Shown here: positions 35,054 to 44,869 of the stretch, in pieces
Position numbering within the stretch: the first letter of the stretch is position 1
Layout of the letters: every line of letters begins with the position of its first letter
From: an uncultured Chitinophaga sp.
GTDB taxonomy: Bacteria > Bacteroidota > Bacteroidia > 2-12-FULL-35-15
DNA length: 64,000 nt
Assembly (NCBI GenBank): GCA_964456225.1
Contig: CAYWAV010000001.1
Span: 100,179 to 164,178, forward strand
Reading direction: 5' to 3'
Notes under the pieces: generated by a model
Told to the model about the DNA's origin: nothing
Databases searched by the model: none
The model's input: the letters and a program-made list of their open reading frames with translations, nothing else
Program-made: the position numbers and the translations under genes

Positions 35054-36934
35054 ATGTTTACCAATAATTGGCTAACCTTCTTATTAATTAATTTTTCAGT
35101 TGTTTTGTTAACTGCTTGTGGAGATGGAGAAACATCTAATACTACTTCCAACGAACACAGCAAAAACATATCTGCTGATCAAACCAAGTTTATTAAGATT
35201 GAGGACGCCACTACTTTTCTTCCTTCATGGTCGAAAGAGAATGTTTTAGTTTACAATGTTGTTGGTGAACCCGATGAAATGCACCCTACCAATGGAATAA
35301 TAGTGTATCGTAGTGAAATTATGGGTTATACGCAGGTTTATCTTATTGGAACTGATTTTCAAACCCTGACTTTGCGTCCAATCGCAGTTAAAGCAATGCC
35401 CACTGTTTCCGAAAACGGAAAAGAATATACCTATGAAGTGCGTAACGACATAAAGTATGATGATGGCAGTACTTTATCAGTCGAGGATATTATTTATACT
35501 TATAAAGCAAATAAATGTCCGCTTACAAATAATCCTAGTGCAAAATCTTATTTAGAAAATATGCTGGATATTGTAGTAGATAAAAACAATCCCAATGTGT
35601 TCACAATTATTATGAAGGAGAAATATATTCAGAATATTAGATTTCTGGTAGAATTTCCGATTATGCAACGAAGCTTTTTTGATCCTAAAAATGTACTTTC
35701 TAAATACACTTTTGCTCAATTCAATGATAAAAAATTTAAAGCAGACGAACATAAAGAATTAACTGAATGGGCAACTGAATTCAATAACGCTAAGTATAGT
35801 CGCGACCCAAAATTTACTGTTGGAGCTGGTCCTTACCGATTGGAGAAATGGGATGCTGGACAAAGCATTACATTGGTGAAGAAACAAAATCACTGGACAA
35901 AAGGAACTGATAAAATGTATTACACTTCTTATCCTGATAGAATTATTTTCAAATTGAACAAAGAACCAAATTCTCAAATGCTTGAATTTAAAGCCCAAAC
36001 ATTTGATGCTTCTACATCGCTATCTACTAAAACAGTGCTCGACCTTCAAGCGGATAGTAACTTCAATAAAAATTATAATTCTCGCTTTACGGATACCTAC
36101 AACTATGGTTACATAGCAATGAATATGAAACCGGATGGAATCAAACATAAGAAACTATTTGTCGATAAGAAGGTAAGAAGAGCAATGGCTTTACTTGCTC
36201 CGCTTGATGATATGAATCGGATAAATAACAAAGGGAAAAATAAACGAGTAACAGGACCCGTATCCTTTTTGAAACCCGAATACAATACGGATCTAAAACT
36301 AATTCCATTGGATGTAGAAGCGGCAAAAAAAATGTTGGATGAAGCAGGTTGGAAAGATACCGATGGTGATAATATCCGTGACAAGATGATTGATGGGGAA
36401 AAAGTTAAAATGGAATTTATGTTGGGTTATTTTACTACTTCTGCTGAGTGGAAAGACATGGCAAAAATGATTTCTGAGCAAATGTATAAAGCAGGCGTAG
36501 TTGCAATACTAAATCCACTCGATCCTTCAGTAATGGTAGAGCAAGCATCCAATCATAATTTCGATATGTTTATAGCTTCCTGGGCAGGTAATGTGTTTCC
36601 GGAAGATTATACTCAGCTTTGGCATACATCAGCTTGGGCTTCTAAAGGCTCAAATTTTACAGGTTTCGGAAATGCTGAAACAGATGCATTAATCGATTCA
36701 ATAAAATTTACTTTGGATCCTGCTCTATCAATTCCTATGTTGAAACGCTTTCAAGCTATTGTATACGAAGAACAACCTTATATCTTTATGTTTGCAGGAA
36801 TTAGAAGAAACATTATTCACAAGCGTTTTGGGAACCAAGAAATGTATTTCGAACGCCCAGGAGTTTGGTTGAGTAATCTTCAGTTATTATCAGGCGATGG
36901 CGCTTCTATGAAAGTGTCGGCAAATTCAAATTAG
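35054..36934 (+). CDS. ABC transporter substrate-binding lipoprotein, family 5 (peptide/nickel, OppA/DppA/MppA-like)
   Basis: 626 aa with a lipobox (LLTACG) and SBP_bac_5-like core. TATATTTG box at 35014. Confidence 0.8.
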   Translation: MFTNNWLTFLLINFSVVLLTACGDGETSNTTSNEHSKNISADQTKFIKIEDATTFLPSWSKENVLVYNVVGEPDEMHPTNGIIVYRSEIMGYTQVYLIGTDFQTLTLRPIAVKAMPTVSENGKEYTYEVRNDIKYDDGSTLSVEDIIYTYKANKCPLTNNPSAKSYLENMLDIVVDKNNPNVFTIIMKEKYIQNIRFLVEFPIMQRSFFDPKNVLSKYTFAQFNDKKFKADEHKELTEWATEFNNAKYSRDPKFTVGAGPYRLEKWDAGQSITLVKKQNHWTKGTDKMYYTSYPDRIIFKLNKEPNSQMLEFKAQTFDASTSLSTKTVLDLQADSNFNKNYNSRFTDTYNYGYIAMNMKPDGIKHKKLFVDKKVRRAMALLAPLDDMNRINNKGKNKRVTGPVSFLKPEYNTDLKLIPLDVEAAKKMLDEAGWKDTDGDNIRDKMIDGEKVKMEFMLGYFTTSAEWKDMAKMISEQMYKAGVVAILNPLDPSVMVEQASNHNFDMFIASWAGNVFPEDYTQLWHTSAWASKGSNFTGFGNAETDALIDSIKFTLDPALSIPMLKRFQAIVYEEQPYIFMFAGIRRNIIHKRFGNQEMYFERPGVWLSNLQLLSGDGASMKVSANSN

Positions 36935-36988
36935 TATAGGAGTGTTAGAGAAGAGTAACCCGAAAATATTTTTTGATATCGATATGGT

Positions 36989-38458
36989 ATGCTTCAATAC
37001 ATTCTAAAACGAATCTTCATTTTTATTCCTACACTTATTGCGATTACGCTTTTAGGATTTATTATAAGCGTGAATGCTCCTGGTGATCCTGTGGAGCGGA
37101 TGGTGCGACCTTCTATTGACGATAATGCAAAAACAATTAATGTTGTTGAAGAAAAAAGAGCTTGGCGCGAAAAATTAGGATTGGATCTTCCTGTTTTTTA
37201 TTTTTCTTTAACTTCTGTTTCCCGCCCAGATACTCTCTATAGAATAATAGATAAAAACGAGAAAGAAGCACTTGATCGACTAATTTCAATTTATGGTAAT
37301 TGGGATGCAATTCAGAAGTATCACTTATCACTAAATAAATTTTATTTTTCCCAACTTTCTTTTGTTGCTGATACCAATCAGCTAAGAAAGTACGATAAAA
37401 ATGAGGTGCTCGAAACCCTTAATCAGCTTAAGTTTGAGGCATCTGCTATTCAAGGTACTTATGATAAAGCAGTGATTGAGGTGAAGATGAATAAAATAAC
37501 TTCACTTTTAAAATCCTATCCATTTCTCGAAAAATTCAAATCTGAATTCGAAATAGTTAGGCGGGATTTTTTATTGATTGAAAAAACATCCACCCCTTGG
37601 AAAAATTATATTCCTCGTGTAGCATTTTATAGTTACAAAAATCAATATCACAGATGGTTGTTTGGTGATGGAGGGAAATTTTCAAGGGGTTTATTGCTTC
37701 ATGGAGATTTTGGAACATCCTATGTTACCCGTCAACCGATTTCGGATGTTATTTATTCAAAAATAGGATGGTCGCTTTTCTTTACGATGTTGTCAGTCAT
37801 CTTGGCATATTTTGTAAGTATCCCGGTAGGTGTGAGAGCCGCGGCAAAAAGAGGTTCTCGTTTCGATAAATCTTCCTCCATTGTTTTATTTATGTTGTAT
37901 TCAATGCCTTCGTTTTGGTTGGCAACATTATTAATCATGACTTTTGCGAATACAGATGTTTTTTCTTGGCTTCCTGCTTCTGGAGTAAAACCACCTTTGG
38001 GTTATCCCGATGGTGCGTCTTTTTTTGAGATGGTAAAAATATCTTTTCCGTATATTATCCTTCCTGCAATTTGTTATACCTATAGTTCCTTTGCATTCTT
38101 ATCAAGGACGATGCGCGTTTCTATGCTGGATGTTATTAATCAGGATTATATTCGTACCGCACGAGCCAAAGGTTTATCAGAAAAGAAGGTGATTTGGAAA
38201 CACGGATTAAGAAATGCGCTGCTTCCAATCATTACTGTTTTTGCAAACGTGTTTCCTGCTGCTATTGGAGGTTCAGTTATTATCGAAAGTATTTTCACCA
38301 TTCCTGGAATGGGTTCTGAAGCCATCTATGCTATTCAAACCAATAATTATCCCATGATTATTGCAATTCTTACAATAACCGGATTTTTAACACTTGTCGG
38401 TTATTTGATTTCTGATATTTTGTACGCCATTGTTGATCCACGAATTTCTTATAACTGA
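36989..38458 (+). CDS. ABC transporter permease (DppB/OppB-like) with a large extracytoplasmic insert
   Basis: 489 aa. One N-terminal TM helix, then about 200 aa of hydrophilic insert, then a BPD_transp_1 core containing the EAA-like loop YIRTARAKGLSEKKVIWKHGLRNA. Confidence 0.85.
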   Translation: MLQYILKRIFIFIPTLIAITLLGFIISVNAPGDPVERMVRPSIDDNAKTINVVEEKRAWREKLGLDLPVFYFSLTSVSRPDTLYRIIDKNEKEALDRLISIYGNWDAIQKYHLSLNKFYFSQLSFVADTNQLRKYDKNEVLETLNQLKFEASAIQGTYDKAVIEVKMNKITSLLKSYPFLEKFKSEFEIVRRDFLLIEKTSTPWKNYIPRVAFYSYKNQYHRWLFGDGGKFSRGLLLHGDFGTSYVTRQPISDVIYSKIGWSLFFTMLSVILAYFVSIPVGVRAAAKRGSRFDKSSSIVLFMLYSMPSFWLATLLIMTFANTDVFSWLPASGVKPPLGYPDGASFFEMVKISFPYIILPAICYTYSSFAFLSRTMRVSMLDVINQDYIRTARAKGLSEKKVIWKHGLRNALLPIITVFANVFPAAIGGSVIIESIFTIPGMGSEAIYAIQTNNYPMIIAILTITGFLTLVGYLISDILYAIVDPRISYN

Positions 38459-39822
38459 TGGAAGAACAAAAAACAAATATTGACAAAGTTGTGGGCAAAT
38501 CAGAATCGAACCAGGATTTTAATTTTAAGAAGTTTGCATGGAAACAATTCAAACAAAATAAACCTGCGTATTATTCTTATAAAGTTTTAATTTTTCTTAT
38601 CATTCTTGCTGTGCTTTCTCCAATAATAGCAACTGATCAACCGCTATATTGCAAATACAAAGGTGTGAGTATGTTTCCTGCATTTTCGTTTTCTAATTCA
38701 TGTGAAATAAAAAATGAAGACGGAACAATTGAAAAAATTCAATATGATATTGCCGAGTGGAAACACTTAGATGCTACAACAATTATTTTTGCTCCGGTTG
38801 CATACAATCCCAATAAAACAGATTATAATAATGCAGATTATGTTGCTCCCGGAGGAAAGCAAATTTTTATTGATAAAGAAGGTAATGAAAAACCAATGCC
38901 GACAAAATTCAGACATTGGTTGGGAACAGGAAAAGGAGGAGAGGACGTGCTTTCGGGATTAATTAATGGTACTCGTATTTCCTTGAGCATCGGAATTATT
39001 TCTATGATTATTGCTTCGTTTTTAGGAATTTTATTGGGAGCAATGGCCGGATATTTCGGAGATAAAAAATTACAGACTACTCGTGGTTCATTTTGGACAA
39101 TGGTAGTGGGTGTTGTGATTGCTTATTATTATGGATTCTCTGTTCGCTCGTACAACATTACCGATGCATTTGCAGATTCCGGTGTAGCGGTTTTACTACA
39201 GTTATTCATCAGTTTAATAATATTTAGCTTGGTTGTTTTCTTGTTTTATCTTTTAGGAAAGCAAGTTGGTAAAATTTCGTTCTTAAGCACTCGTGTTTTT
39301 ATTCCGGTAGATTCTATGGTTTCCAGATTGATTGAAATTTTAATCTCTATGCCTTTGTTGATTTTAATCATCTCTATTTCTGCAATAGCAAAAGAAAAAT
39401 CAATGATTAACTTAATGGTGATTATTGGATTAACAACATGGACGGGCATAGCGAGATTAACACGAGCAGAGTTTTTACGAATTAGTAATTTAGAATACAT
39501 TCAAGCAGCAAAATCGATGGGATTGAAAGAATACAGAATCATATTTAAACATGCTTTGCCCAATGCATTGGCTCCAGCTTTGGTCGCAATCGCTTTTGGC
39601 GTTGCTTCGGCTATTTTAATTGAATCGGCTTTGTCGTTTTTAGGAGTTGGTGTTCCGCCATCTACAGTTACTTGGGGTTCATTGTTGAATGCAGGTCACG
39701 AACAGTTTAGTGCTTGGTGGTTGGTTGTTTTCCCTGGGCTTGCAATCTTCTTAACCGTTACTATTTATAATTTAATGGGTGAAGGCTTGAGAGATGCTTT
39801 GGACCCTCGATTGAAAAAATAG
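38458..39822 (+). CDS. ABC transporter permease (DppC/OppC-like)
   Basis: 454 aa. TGATG stop/start overlap with the upstream permease. EAA-like loop YIQAAKSMGLKEYRIIFKHALPNA. Confidence 0.85.
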   Translation: MEEQKTNIDKVVGKSESNQDFNFKKFAWKQFKQNKPAYYSYKVLIFLIILAVLSPIIATDQPLYCKYKGVSMFPAFSFSNSCEIKNEDGTIEKIQYDIAEWKHLDATTIIFAPVAYNPNKTDYNNADYVAPGGKQIFIDKEGNEKPMPTKFRHWLGTGKGGEDVLSGLINGTRISLSIGIISMIIASFLGILLGAMAGYFGDKKLQTTRGSFWTMVVGVVIAYYYGFSVRSYNITDAFADSGVAVLLQLFISLIIFSLVVFLFYLLGKQVGKISFLSTRVFIPVDSMVSRLIEILISMPLLILIISISAIAKEKSMINLMVIIGLTTWTGIARLTRAEFLRISNLEYIQAAKSMGLKEYRIIFKHALPNALAPALVAIAFGVASAILIESALSFLGVGVPPSTVTWGSLLNAGHEQFSAWWLVVFPGLAIFLTVTIYNLMGEGLRDALDPRLKK

Positions 39823-39896
39823 AGGCTAACATCTTCGTGTTAAAAACTTCCTTTCTTCCTTTTTATTCCAATCATTTGATTTCCTAAGTTTATTGT

Positions 39897-41264
39897 ATGA
39901 ATGTACACTTAATTGCAATAGGCGGAAGTGCCATGCACAACATGGCCATCGCGATGCATAAAAAAGGATTTAAGGTCACTGGCTCCGATGATGAAATATT
40001 TGAACCTTCCAAAAGTCGTTTGGCAAAACTGAATCTACTTCCTGCAAAAGAAGGTTGGGATGAAAGTAATATTCATTCGGGTTTGGATGCTGTTATTTTA
40101 GGCATGCACGCGCGTATCGATAATCCTGAATTAATTAAAGCACAGGAGTTAGGTTTGAAGATTTATTCGTATCCCGAATATATTTATGAGCAGACAAAAG
40201 ATAAAATAAGAGTAGTTGTAGGAGGAAGTCACGGTAAAACTACCATTACTGCTATGATTTTGCATGTATTAAATTTTCACAAGATAGATTGCGATTATTT
40301 GGTAGGTGCTCAACTGGAAGGTTTCGATACGATGGTAAAACTAACAAGAGAAGCAAAAATTGCAGTAATTGAAGGTGATGAATATTTGAGTTCACCAATC
40401 GACCGCAGACCAAAATTCCATTTGTACAAACCAAACATTGCTATTTTAAGTGGGATTGCTTGGGATCACATTAATGTATTTCCAACATTTGATTTTTATG
40501 TAGAACAATTTCGAATTTTTGTGAATCAAATAGAGCAGGGTGGAAGTCTGGTGTATTGTGAACTGGATGAAGAAGTGAAAAAAGTATGTGAAGGTGCAAG
40601 AGGTGACATTAAAAAGCTTCCATATGCTATTCCAAAACATAAAATAGAAAACGGAATTACAATTTTAACCTTTGATCAATTGCCGACTGGAGATTGCCAA
40701 CTGCAAATTTTCGGAGATCACAATTTAATGAATTTAAACGGAGCACGTTTGGTTTGCAATCAGCTGAATATCTCTGACGTCCAATTTTATGAAGCCATCC
40801 AAAGTTTTAAGGGCGCAGCAAAACGATTAGAGCTAGTGAAAAAGAATGCTGTCACAGCCATGTATAAAGATTTTGCACATTCCCCTTCTAAATTAAAAGC
40901 AACTACACAGGCAGTTAAAAAACAATTTCCGAATCGTAAATTAATTGCTTGTATGGAACTGCATACATTTAGTAGTTTAACAGAAGAGTTTTTAAAAGAG
41001 TACAATGGTTCTATGGAGTTGGCGGATGATGCAATTGTTTATTTCAATCAGCATACAATAGAGCATAAAAAGTTAAAGCCAATTAGCGAAGAACAAGTGA
41101 AGAATGCTTTTGGTGGAACTAATATCAGAGTTATTACCAACACAGTGGTATTGCAAGAAGAGTTACTGAAAATAAATTTCGAAAATAAAAATCTTTTGAT
41201 GATGAGTTCCGGAAATTTTGATGGAATTGATTTTAAAGCTTTAGGGGAGAAGGTTGTGAAGTAA
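39897..41264 (+). CDS. mpl: UDP-N-acetylmuramate:L-alanyl-gamma-D-glutamyl-meso-diaminopimelate ligase
   Basis: 455 aa Mur-ligase fold. N-terminal IHLIAIGGSAMHNMA, P-loop GGSHGKTT and DHINVF, matching Mpl rather than MurC. Confidence 0.8.
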   Translation: MNVHLIAIGGSAMHNMAIAMHKKGFKVTGSDDEIFEPSKSRLAKLNLLPAKEGWDESNIHSGLDAVILGMHARIDNPELIKAQELGLKIYSYPEYIYEQTKDKIRVVVGGSHGKTTITAMILHVLNFHKIDCDYLVGAQLEGFDTMVKLTREAKIAVIEGDEYLSSPIDRRPKFHLYKPNIAILSGIAWDHINVFPTFDFYVEQFRIFVNQIEQGGSLVYCELDEEVKKVCEGARGDIKKLPYAIPKHKIENGITILTFDQLPTGDCQLQIFGDHNLMNLNGARLVCNQLNISDVQFYEAIQSFKGAAKRLELVKKNAVTAMYKDFAHSPSKLKATTQAVKKQFPNRKLIACMELHTFSSLTEEFLKEYNGSMELADDAIVYFNQHTIEHKKLKPISEEQVKNAFGGTNIRVITNTVVLQEELLKINFENKNLLMMSSGNFDGIDFKALGEKVVK

Positions 41265-41322
41265 AGAATGACATTGACAACTGCATCACTTCTTGCGACA
41301 AAGATGTAGTTAGTTGGCGAAA

Positions 41323-41826
41323 CTATTTATAAAGATAAGGCTCTTGATTATCTGTCATTTTCCTTATGTTCTCTAAAACTCTTTTCATATAAGTTTTCCA
41401 AAAAAGCTTAGCAAATAACCAATTCAAAGGGTAAAGTAAAGTAACATCCGAATGTAGAGTATATATATATTCGATTAAAATTTTGTTTGATTCAAGTTCT
41501 GTTGTTTTCCATTCGCCAATGAATTTTGTAAATCCTAACATCCATGATTGGAAATTGCTAACCTCAATTTTCCAGTAGGAATTTTCTATACGTTCAATTA
41601 CTTTGTCGACAGAACCCCAACCACCTTTTTGTGAAATTGATTTAGCAATAAATACTTTTTTGCTATAATTAGGCTTTCCCCAATTTTCATCTTCCGTGCA
41701 ATGAGTAACTTTAGGCATAACACCATAACCCGTATGAATTTTGGAGACGTCACAAAGCATTGGTGTTTTAAATGCTCTTTCTAAAGAGCAATTGAAGATG
41801 GTTGTTATTTTTACTCTTAATTCCAA
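41323..41826 (-). CDS. Hypothetical protein (possibly SRPBCC-like)
   Basis: 167-aa ORF with a TTG start and no recognisable catalytic motif. Confidence 0.4.
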   Translation of the reverse strand: MELRVKITTIFNCSLERAFKTPMLCDVSKIHTGYGVMPKVTHCTEDENWGKPNYSKKVFIAKSISQKGGWGSVDKVIERIENSYWKIEVSNFQSWMLGFTKFIGEWKTTELESNKILIEYIYTLHSDVTLLYPLNWLFAKLFWKTYMKRVLENIRKMTDNQEPYLYK

Positions 41827-41848
41827 CTTTTTGTTTTGAAGTTTTTTG

Positions 41849-42361
41849 CTAATTTTCTTCTACAGAAGCTTCAGGATTCTTTCTTCTGAAAATAGCACTG
41901 GCTAATAAAGATGAAATTAATCCGAAAAATAGTACAGGGGGAACAAGTTTAAATGAATTGAATGTACTTCTTTCAGCAACTATAAATTGATTTAACTCCT
42001 CTCCTGAAAGGTTTTTGGCAAAATCAGATTTTTTTGCCTCACTTAAAAAGAAGTCGATTGTATCGGGAGTAATGTATTTGAAATAAAGGTAATTGAAAAT
42101 GCCGATAACAAGCGCTAACATCAAGCTGAAAAGAACTCCAGCTCTAAGTCCTTCGCTAAATTCTAAAAAACCATTTTTATATTTTCTTGTAAGAAAAATA
42201 GTAAGAAAAATGCCTATAATTAAAACAGCAAGTGTGACATAGTTTCTGTAGATATAAACTTCAACAGAATAATATCCAAGAGATTTTGCAAAAGAATACC
42301 ATGCAACGCAATTAATTAGACCTGCTAAAATTCCTAGTTTAATGCTTATTCCAATCTTCAT
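41849..42361 (-). CDS. DUF4199-like membrane protein
   Basis: Start moved to MKIGISIKLGILAG (ATG at 42361). The 22-aa track extension is encoded by a REP-A copy. Four TM helices. Confidence 0.6.
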   Translation of the reverse strand: MKIGISIKLGILAGLINCVAWYSFAKSLGYYSVEVYIYRNYVTLAVLIIGIFLTIFLTRKYKNGFLEFSEGLRAGVLFSLMLALVIGIFNYLYFKYITPDTIDFFLSEAKKSDFAKNLSGEELNQFIVAERSTFNSFKLVPPVLFFGLISSLLASAIFRRKNPEASVEEN

Positions 42362-42390
42362 ATTGGTGTTAAATTTTGATTCAGTTTCAA

Positions 42391-42427
42391 CTCCCTTGTT
42401 CTCGACTCCGCTCGAACTGACAGGCAT
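42391..42427. repeat. REP-A repeat copy (inverted)
   Basis: ctcccttgttctcgactccgctcgaactgacagg shares tcgactccgctcgaa with 13202 and ctcccttgttctcg with 54408. Confidence 0.8.
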
Positions 42428-42450
42428 TCTATTATCTACTGTCTGCTTAA

Positions 42451-44052
42451 CTAACCATTCATCGAAATCAAGAACTCCTCATTTGTTTGAGTGTTCTTAA
42501 TTCTATCTTTCATAAACTCCATAGCTTCTACAGGATTCATATCGGATAAGTGTTTACGTAAGATCCAAACACGTTGTTGTGTTTCTTTATCCACCAATAA
42601 ATCATCTCTACGAGTACTTGATGCAACAATATCAATTGCAGGGTAAATACGCTTGTTTGCAATTTTACGATCCAATTGAATTTCCGAATTACCTGTTCCC
42701 TTAAATTCTTCAAAAATTACCTCATCCATTTTAGAACCTGTCTCCGTTAAAGCAGTAGCAATGATTGTTAATGAACCACCACCTTCAATTTTACGGGCCG
42801 CTCCAAAAAATCTTTTTGGTTTGTGTAATGCATTTGCATCCACACCTCCTGATAATACTTTTCCAGAAGCCGGTTGTACCGTATTGTAAGCACGTGCTAA
42901 ACGAGTAATCGAATCCAATAAAATACAAACATCGTGTCCACACTCTACCATTCGTTTTGCTTTTTCCAAAACAATATTGGCGATTTTTACGTGACGGTCT
43001 GCTGGTTCATCAAAGGTGGAAGCAATAACTTCTGCTTTAACGCTACGAGCCATATCTGTAACCTCTTCAGGACGCTCATCAATCAATAGAATGATTAAGT
43101 ATGTTTCCGGGTGGTTAGCTGAAATTGCATTGGCGATGTCTTTTAATAAAACGGTTTTACCGGTTTTTGGTTGTGCTACAATTAAAGCACGTTGTCCTTT
43201 TCCAATTGGTGTAACTAAATCCACAATGCGAGAAGAAAGATTTTGCTGAGGATGACCTGTCAAATTAAATTTCTCATAAGGAAATAATGGAGTTAAATAA
43301 TCAAAAGGAACTCTATCACGCACAAAGGCTGGCTCACGACCATTGATTTTCTCCACTTTAATTAATGGGAAATATTTTTCACCTTCTTTTGGTGGACGAA
43401 TTGTTCCTCTTACGGTATCACCTGTTTTTAATCCAAACAATTTAATTTGAGATTGAGAGACATAAATATCATCGGGTGAATTTAAGTAGTTGTAATCCGA
43501 TGAACGCAAAAACCCATATCCATCAGGCATTATTTCCAAAACACCTTCGCTGGAAACAATTCCATCAAAGTTATAGATATCGGAAGGTCGTGCATTATTA
43601 TATTTTGAACGGTTTTGATTGTCTTTGTTATCACTGTTCCCATTGTTCCCATCTTGATTTGAGTTTTCTTGGGAAGATTGATTTTCGTTTTGATTTGTCA
43701 CATTTTCTGAAGTGCTTTCAGAAACAATAGGAGGAGTTTCATTTATTTCGGTCGACTCATTTTTTGTAGTCTCAAAATCATCGTCATTAAAAATGGTGGA
43801 TGGTTCTGCTTCCTGTTTTGCCTTCGGTTCATTTTCTGAGCTTTCCGGCTTGTTTTTTCTTGGACGAAGAATGCGCTCGTCCGATTTTGTATTTGGAGTT
43901 TTAGATTCAGAAGGTGTAATTGCCTGTTGATCTAAAATTTTATAAATTAATTCTTGTTTTTTTAAAGCCTCGTATTTGGGAATGTCTAGGCTTTTTGCAA
44001 TCTCTCTTAGCTCACCAACAAGTTTGTTGTTCAATTCAATAATGTCGTACAT
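42451..44052 (-). CDS. rho: Transcription termination factor Rho with about 115-aa disordered N-terminal insertion
   Basis: 533 aa. Rho N-terminal helix bundle, N/S/E/Q-rich insert (residues ~45-158), RNA-binding GYGFLRS, P-loop AQPKTGKT and a RecA-type ATPase core. Confidence 0.95.
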   Translation of the reverse strand: MYDIIELNNKLVGELREIAKSLDIPKYEALKKQELIYKILDQQAITPSESKTPNTKSDERILRPRKNKPESSENEPKAKQEAEPSTIFNDDDFETTKNESTEINETPPIVSESTSENVTNQNENQSSQENSNQDGNNGNSDNKDNQNRSKYNNARPSDIYNFDGIVSSEGVLEIMPDGYGFLRSSDYNYLNSPDDIYVSQSQIKLFGLKTGDTVRGTIRPPKEGEKYFPLIKVEKINGREPAFVRDRVPFDYLTPLFPYEKFNLTGHPQQNLSSRIVDLVTPIGKGQRALIVAQPKTGKTVLLKDIANAISANHPETYLIILLIDERPEEVTDMARSVKAEVIASTFDEPADRHVKIANIVLEKAKRMVECGHDVCILLDSITRLARAYNTVQPASGKVLSGGVDANALHKPKRFFGAARKIEGGGSLTIIATALTETGSKMDEVIFEEFKGTGNSEIQLDRKIANKRIYPAIDIVASSTRRDDLLVDKETQQRVWILRKHLSDMNPVEAMEFMKDRIKNTQTNEEFLISMNG

Positions 44053-44239
44053 AGGTTGTTTATTTGGTTAATACATCAATTCGAATGATTGATAGTTTAG
44101 GATAGAAATGTAAAATAATTTGTGTTTTTTATTCGATAAAATTCTGATTGTTTTTGTTATGTGAATACATAACAGCGAAACGCGCTACAATAATACAAAG
44201 AATATTTAATATACAAGTGATAATTTGAATAAAATTAGC

Positions 44240-44737
44240 TTATGCCCTTTTGCCGAGTTCAATTACCTCTAAATCTTTTATTTTATCACCATCTATGGTA
44301 AATCGAACCATTGTTTTTACCAAATGAAATCCATGATTTCCTGCCGCTCCCGGATTGATGTGCAGCAGTTTGTATTTATCGTCATACATTACTTTTAATA
44401 TATGCGAATGTCCACAAATGAATAAAGTCGGCTTATTTTTCTGGATTTCTTTTAAAGCTTCCATCGAATATCGATTGGGATAACCGCCAATATGAGTGAT
44501 AAAAACACTTACATTTTCACACATAAATTGTTGATTCAATGGATGCACTTTTCTTACATCTTCTCCATCAATATTGCCATAAACGGCTACAACAGGTTTT
44601 ATTTTAGAAAGTTCATCTGTAATGGAAATGGTTCCAATGTCGCCTGCATGCCAGATCTGGTGACAGGAATCAAAGTATTTTAAAATTTTAGGATCCAGAT
44701 AATTATGAGTATCCGATAAAAGTGCGATACGTTGCAT
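44240..44737 (-). CDS. YfcE/MJ0936-type metallophosphoesterase
   Basis: Start at MQRIALLSDTHNY (ATG at 44737). Motifs DTH, GDIG, GNID, GHSH and NPGA. Confidence 0.8.
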   Translation of the reverse strand: MQRIALLSDTHNYLDPKILKYFDSCHQIWHAGDIGTISITDELSKIKPVVAVYGNIDGEDVRKVHPLNQQFMCENVSVFITHIGGYPNRYSMEALKEIQKNKPTLFICGHSHILKVMYDDKYKLLHINPGAAGNHGFHLVKTMVRFTIDGDKIKDLEVIELGKRA

Positions 44738-44752
44738 AGTGCAATAATAAAT

Positions 44753-44790
44753 AAAAAATGCTCCGGATTTTTCAACCTGGAGCATTTTTT
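44753..44790 (-). terminator. Terminator downstream of the adhesin gene
   Basis: atgctcc...ggagcat stem flanked by A6 and T6 runs. The track ORF start at 44785 lies inside it. Confidence 0.7.
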
Positions 44791-44869
44791 ATTTTAATTT
44801 AAGAAAGATCGCGAATCAAGTTCGGGATAGATCCGACTATGCCTTCAAAAATGAAAGTCAAGTCGCAAT

